From a virus (taxonomy: Duplodnaviria; Caudoviricetes), in the IMG/VR virus record IMGVR_UViG_3300016466_000278, positions 1 through 35,931 of that record: 35,931 nucleotides of DNA; one strand, 5' to 3'. The translations under genes were made by a program, and so were the position numbers. Below the pieces are notes generated by a model. The model ran no database searches. It was not told the origin of the DNA and was given only the letters and a program-made list of their open reading frames with translations. Numbering within the stretch: position 1 is the first letter of the stretch; every line of letters begins with the position of its first letter. Of this stretch, positions 32,380 through 35,931 are shown one piece after another.

Positions 32380-32912
32380 GCAACCCTTTGGGCTTTCAGC
32401 CCCATGAAATCGGCAAGCGCCGTCAGGCCCGTCGCAAGCACGACAATGTTGCGCGGCATACCCCCGTGCATGATCCTTTGCACGTCGATCAGGCTGCGCC
32501 GGGAGTAGCGCCGGATCGCTGTAATAGCCGCCAGGTACTCCTTCACCGCAGCAGCAGCCTGGTCCTCCCCCATCGGCATGGTCCCGCCGCCCTGAATGTA
32601 CTCCGTCAGCTGGCCGGCCACGAGGCGAGGCATGCCGATCGCTATGCAATACCTGGCATACACTGTGCGGGCATAACGCCCGGCCCAGTATTGCTCATCC
32701 GAGAGCCTGTGACGCAGCCGGTCGAGGGGGCAATCAAGCTCCCCTATTGCCTTCGCATCCCCGAAGGCCTCTGTCCGGCGTCGGATAGTCTCCGGGGTAG
32801 GCTCGATCGTCTCGTTCCGTGGCGCCATGCGCTTGGCCAGTTCGTCCGGCGTTGGGCGGACCTTCCCGCAGGGATACCGGGGACGCAGCTTTCTCTTCCT
32901 GCCCTTACCCAT
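32376..32912 (-). CDS. DUF6456-like (GafA/GafZ-like) late transcription regulator
   Basis: CPLDRL...LSDEQYWAGR...Y and C-terminal LATGLTALADFMG pattern. It sits in the lambda Q position at the early/late boundary. Confidence 0.6.
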   Translation of the reverse strand: MGKGRKRKLRPRYPCGKVRPTPDELAKRMAPRNETIEPTPETIRRRTEAFGDAKAIGELDCPLDRLRHRLSDEQYWAGRYARTVYARYCIAIGMPRLVAGQLTEYIQGGGTMPMGEDQAAAAVKEYLAAITAIRRYSRRSLIDVQRIMHGGMPRNIVVLATGLTALADFMGLKAQRVA

Positions 32913-33147
32913 CAGAGGCCTCCTTTGTCGGGCTGAGCGCTGTGACGCACGTCATCCAGCGCTGCTGGTTACTGTCAGAGTGATCGTCCGGAAACGCGGC
33001 GCTGCAGGCCTCTACACACTGGTCTGTGTCCCAGCGCTCGGCGCAGGACTGAGCGAACGCGACGATGCGCGTCCGCTCAAATCCCGGCAGATCTGGCTCT
33101 GCCGCACAGTTGGAGAGAAGCAGCAGACTGACCAGCCTACGCACCAC
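32905..33147 (-). CDS. Small putative lipoprotein
   Basis: RRLVSLLLLSNC lipobox-like N-terminus followed by four further Cys. Confidence 0.45.
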   Translation of the reverse strand: MVRRLVSLLLLSNCAAEPDLPGFERTRIVAFAQSCAERWDTDQCVEACSAAFPDDHSDSNQQRWMTCVTALSPTKEASDG

Positions 33148-33149
33148 CG

Positions 33150-33422
33150 CTACACCGTTTCTATTTGGCGCATGGCGGCTTCAGGCGTCGTTTCCACCAC
33201 AACGGACATCCCTGATTTTAGGGGCGCCGCAGAGTTGAAGTCGTAGATATCGTCTGTGTCTTGCACTGCGCCGGACAGAGCGCCGATCGCTGCGAGCAAA
33301 TCTCCCTGCGCAATGATCACACGCTCCAGCTCTGCCTGTATCTTGGCTATGTCATCCTCAAGGCCCTGCCTGTCCTCGCATAAGCTTTGAAATCTCTGCT
33401 GCAGCTCGTCGATAAGTTTCAT
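33150..33422 (-). CDS. Coiled-coil hypothetical protein
   Basis: ATG at 33422 with an AAAGGAG SD; heptad-rich sequence MKLIDELQQRFQSL... Confidence 0.7.
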   Translation of the reverse strand: MKLIDELQQRFQSLCEDRQGLEDDIAKIQAELERVIIAQGDLLAAIGALSGAVQDTDDIYDFNSAAPLKSGMSVVVETTPEAAMRQIETV

Positions 33423-33451
33423 GTGTGTCTCCTTTGAATTGCACTCTACGC

Positions 33452-33670
33452 TTAGAAATTTCTCGCATACGGGTAGCGTGGCCCTGACCACGACAGCCGC
33501 AGACGATCGGAACAGGGCGGGCAGCGATGGGCGCCATCAACCGTCGGTTGACCGCATTGCTCCCCGGTTTTTCCGTTGATGTGTATGCATGTGTCGAAGC
33601 GTGGAACTGCCCCTCCGTACACGTGCTTCACCTTCCGATGATGCGGCTTGCTGTAATAGACGCTGCTCAT
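33452..33670 (-). CDS. Small Zn-finger protein (GcrA C-terminal-like)
   Basis: TCIHING...CGQPTVDGAHRCPPC; ATGA overlap with the upstream gene. Confidence 0.5.
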   Translation of the reverse strand: MSSVYYSKPHHRKVKHVYGGAVPRFDTCIHINGKTGEQCGQPTVDGAHRCPPCSDRLRLSWSGPRYPYARNF

Positions 33671-34032
33671 GCCGCCTCCGTCGTGACACGCCGCTGGCGG
33701 AACGGCTCGCTGTTGCCCTTGCGGTCCACAATCCGGAGTTCGATTTCCGGATAAGCGGCCATGAAGACGCGCATCCGCAGGCTAGCCTCCGGGGTGATGA
33801 TCCCCTTGACGTCCTCGACGACGATCCGCTTGCCATCCTGATAGCTGAAATCAGGCCTGTATGTGCCGATGACCTTGCCGTTGACCTGGAGCAGATAGCC
33901 TGGCTGGATCTTGAGGTCAGTGATCGCCTTCGCTCGCTCCATCAGCTTCAGCTGCGCGTAGCGATTAGCCTCCGCCTTGCTTGCGAAGATGATGCCGTCG
34001 ATCTCTGTTTTCTGGGCGCTGAATTTGTTCAC
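33667..34032 (-). CDS. DUF1064-family PD-(D/E)XK nuclease-like protein
   Basis: NKFSAQKTEIDGIIFASKAEANRY..L...YRPDFSY...VEDVKG; probable GTG start at 34032 (GTGA overlap). Confidence 0.85.
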   Translation of the reverse strand: MNKFSAQKTEIDGIIFASKAEANRYAQLKLMERAKAITDLKIQPGYLLQVNGKVIGTYRPDFSYQDGKRIVVEDVKGIITPEASLRMRVFMAAYPEIELRIVDRKGNSEPFRQRRVTTEAA

Positions 34033-34157
34033 GAGGAAACTCCGAAAAGCCATCGGACCACCGTCACCGCGCCGACCCACCATATGGCGGTCAGGGCGAC
34101 CAAAACTGCGCCCAGCAGGACGCGGTGTAGTGCGGTGACGGGGCGCGCCGGGGGCAT
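34029..34157 (-). CDS. 42-aa single-TM protein, not in the ORF track
   Basis: MPPARPVTALHRVLLGAVLVALTAIWWVGAVTVVRWLFGVSS with a GGAG SD; its stop is coupled to the DUF1064 start. Confidence 0.55.
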   Translation of the reverse strand: MPPARPVTALHRVLLGAVLVALTAIWWVGAVTVVRWLFGVSS

Positions 34158-34487
34158 CAGGTGGGCTCCGTGAGGGCGCTTTGTCTGTGTGCAGCTCTAT
34201 GAAATTCATGACCTCCGCTCCTCGCTGTATTTCTTGAGCACATCATTAATCGGCCAAAACGTATCTCGCATCACGCTTGATAATGGGTCTGGATCACGCT
34301 CAACAATCAGCGCCATGAACTGAATCGGACTCAGCAGCAAAAGCATGCAAGACGCAATCACGGCGCATGGAAGTATCGTCGTCGAAATAATCAGCGTTCG
34401 CGGAAGTTCGCGGAGGGAGAGCGGGTTGTTCACTTGTCGTGCCTCAGTGCTGCGCGCGGGGGGCATCAGGTGGGCTCCGTGAGGGCG
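34150..34487. repeat. 29-bp exact direct repeat GGGGGCATCAGGTGGGCTCCGTGAGGGCG at 34150-34178 and 34459-34487
   Basis: Read directly from the sequence; period 309 bp. It spans a gene end, SD and next start (ALTEPT*/MPP). Confidence 0.95.
34206..34466 (-). CDS. Small membrane protein inside a repeat-flanked cassette
   Basis: 86 aa with a hydrophobic stretch; TGATG coupling to the MTase stop. Confidence 0.55.
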   Translation of the reverse strand: MPPARSTEARQVNNPLSLRELPRTLIISTTILPCAVIASCMLLLLSPIQFMALIVERDPDPLSSVMRDTFWPINDVLKKYSEERRS

Positions 34488-35431
34488 GCGCGGGCGATTT
34501 CTCCAAAAAGTCCGGCATCTTTCTCAATGCGGTTGAGGGCCATGTCTGCGTAAGCAGGGTTTAGTTCAATGACAACGGCGCTGCGCTGAAGCCTGTCAGC
34601 GACTAGGCCCGTGGTTCCGGCACCGCCAAACGGGTCCAGCACCGTGCCGCCTTCAGGGCATCCGGCCTTGATGCATCGTTCTGCAAGCTCTGGCGGGAAT
34701 GTTGCGAAGTGCGCCTCGTTGAAGGGTTGCGTTGCGATATTCCAAACGGAACGGGCGTTGCGCATTCCACCGTTTGTGTTGGTGTATTCATTGCCGCTTT
34801 TGGTTCGACTTTCGTCGCGCAGATCATCGCCATACTTGCTGCCGCCGAAACGTGGCGGCTTGGCTTTCATCGTGCCATTAATCTTGCCGGGAACGCGCGC
34901 GGATCCTTGCTGGCTCTCAACGTCCTGCGCCAGACGGGCAACTGTGGCAGGCGCTACAGGCTCCGCAATCGCTTCCTGATCGTAGTAATAGCGCGGCGAC
35001 TTGGACAGGAGGAACATGTACTCGTGCGCCTTTGTGCAGCGATCCGTTACACTCTCAGGCATGGGGTTGGGCTTGGCCCAAATGATGTCTTGACGGAGAT
35101 ACCAACCGTCCGCTTGTAGGGCAAAGGCAACACGCCACGGGATGCCGATGAGGTCTTTCGGTTTCAAGCCCCACGAAGGCTGCGACGAATAGCTGTCACC
35201 AAGGTTGAGCCATAATGTCCCGTCATCTCGCAGCACGCGCCGCACTTCGCGGAACACCGAAACTAGTTCCGAAACGAAGGCGTCTGGCGTAGCCTCAAGC
35301 CCAATCTGGCCATCGACGTTATAATCGCGCAAGCCGAAGTAAGGCGGGCTTGTCACAACGCAATTGACGCTTTCGCTGGGGAGCAATTGCAGCGCCTCGC
35401 GACAGTCTCCAATGATCACGCGGACGCTCAC
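34466..35431 (-). CDS. Orphan N4/N6 DNA methyltransferase (beta class)
   Basis: GTG start at 35431 with a GGAGGAG SD. Catalytic TSPPY, then HFATFP and SAM-binding VLDPFGGAGTT. No cognate endonuclease is recognisable nearby. Confidence 0.93.
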   Translation of the reverse strand: MSVRVIIGDCREALQLLPSESVNCVVTSPPYFGLRDYNVDGQIGLEATPDAFVSELVSVFREVRRVLRDDGTLWLNLGDSYSSQPSWGLKPKDLIGIPWRVAFALQADGWYLRQDIIWAKPNPMPESVTDRCTKAHEYMFLLSKSPRYYYDQEAIAEPVAPATVARLAQDVESQQGSARVPGKINGTMKAKPPRFGGSKYGDDLRDESRTKSGNEYTNTNGGMRNARSVWNIATQPFNEAHFATFPPELAERCIKAGCPEGGTVLDPFGGAGTTGLVADRLQRSAVVIELNPAYADMALNRIEKDAGLFGEIARAALTEPT

Positions 35432-35433
35432 AA

Positions 35434-35658
35434 CTACTCCTCCCTGAGTGCGGCGCGGATTTTGTCGGCGGCTGCGCGGGCGCGGCGGAGGTCGCCAACA
35501 CTTAGAAGCGGAACAGCGGCCCATTTCGGATTGCTGAACGGCCTGAACGTGTCCCTGTCCGTTTCGTCGTCGCCAATGTCGTGTGCAGCGACATTCGCAA
35601 ACGGCTCCAGCGCCTCCAGCGCCTTGCGCAACAGCTCGCGCTCTGGCATTGTGCTCAC
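35434..35658 (-). CDS. Small early-region hypothetical protein
   Basis: LRKALEALEPFA...VGDLRRARAAADKIRAAL; GTGA overlap with the upstream gene. Confidence 0.65.
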   Translation of the reverse strand: MSTMPERELLRKALEALEPFANVAAHDIGDDETDRDTFRPFSNPKWAAVPLLSVGDLRRARAAADKIRAALREE

Positions 35659-35882
35659 GGCTTTGGCTCCCCCTTGTCGTGGGCGGGCTCTGCGCGCAGA
35701 TAATCTGCCAACCGCTCGCAAAACTCTGAGCGGCGCCACATGCAAGCATCGACGCGCTGCTTCAAATACACGTAGTCGCCAAACCAGACGGCATCGGGAA
35801 CCGCCCCGCCGCGAAGCACCCAGCGCTTCACATTTGCCGGCAAGTCCTTTGCGACCTTTTCCACATTCCATTGATTGCTCAC
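35655..35882 (-). CDS. Small early-region hypothetical protein
   Basis: 75 aa with a GTG start and a GGGAGGG SD. Confidence 0.6.
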   Translation of the reverse strand: MSNQWNVEKVAKDLPANVKRWVLRGGAVPDAVWFGDYVYLKQRVDACMWRRSEFCERLADYLRAEPAHDKGEPKP

Positions 35883-35931
35883 AGTCCCTCCCCCTTCTGC
35901 TGGTGCTCCAGTGCGGCGCGGATTTTGTCGG
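35879..35931 (-). CDS. 3' end of a gene truncated by the window edge
   Basis: ...DKIRAALEHQQKGEGL*, with a stop overlapping the next GTG. Confidence 0.55.
   Translation of the reverse strand, partial: DKIRAALEHQQKGEGL

Noticed and set aside
33667-34209. 180-aa version of the DUF1064 ORF
   Set aside because: The extension runs through the repeat and the 42-aa TM gene; the family-typical start is NKF at 34032.
34466-35749. 427-aa version of the methyltransferase from the ORF track
   Set aside because: The N-terminal extension overlaps two other genes; the GTG at 35431 has a strong SD and starts at the MTase fold.
1-35931. tRNA, rRNA, integrase, lysis cassette or IS elements
   Set aside because: None were recognised by eye. 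Lysis and integration genes may lie outside the window, so prophage versus free phage cannot be decided.

Overview
The window is a contiguous segment of a podovirus-like tailed phage or prophage, probably infecting an alphaproteobacterium. Almost all genes are on the minus strand. Reading right to left: small early genes, an N4/N6 DNA methyltransferase, a DUF1064-like nuclease, and a DUF6456/GafZ-like late regulator followed by a promoter-terminator pair. Next come one antisense membrane-protein moron and an accessory fiber/decoration cluster. The core block follows: terminase, portal, scaffold, SU10/DUF5309-like major capsid, adaptor, nozzle, tail tip and P22-like ejection proteins. The leftmost 10 kb is one uninterrupted ORF (10043 to <1, at least 3347 aa). 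It is missing from the supplied ORF track because it runs off the window edge; I translated it by hand and found no stop. It is a giant polyvalent ejection protein with ADP-ribosyltransferase-like, HhH-glycosylase-like, GNAT-like, 'QSD'-motif and peptidoglycan-binding-like modules, joined by repeated Gly-rich and DxDxDG linkers and a 27-bp exact repeat. Inside it, on the same strand in a different frame, is a 99-aa gene with its own extended -10 promoter and strong RBS, placed between two effector-like domains. This is a candidate overprinted immunity/antitoxin gene. All family names come from motif recognition by eye; no database searches were run.
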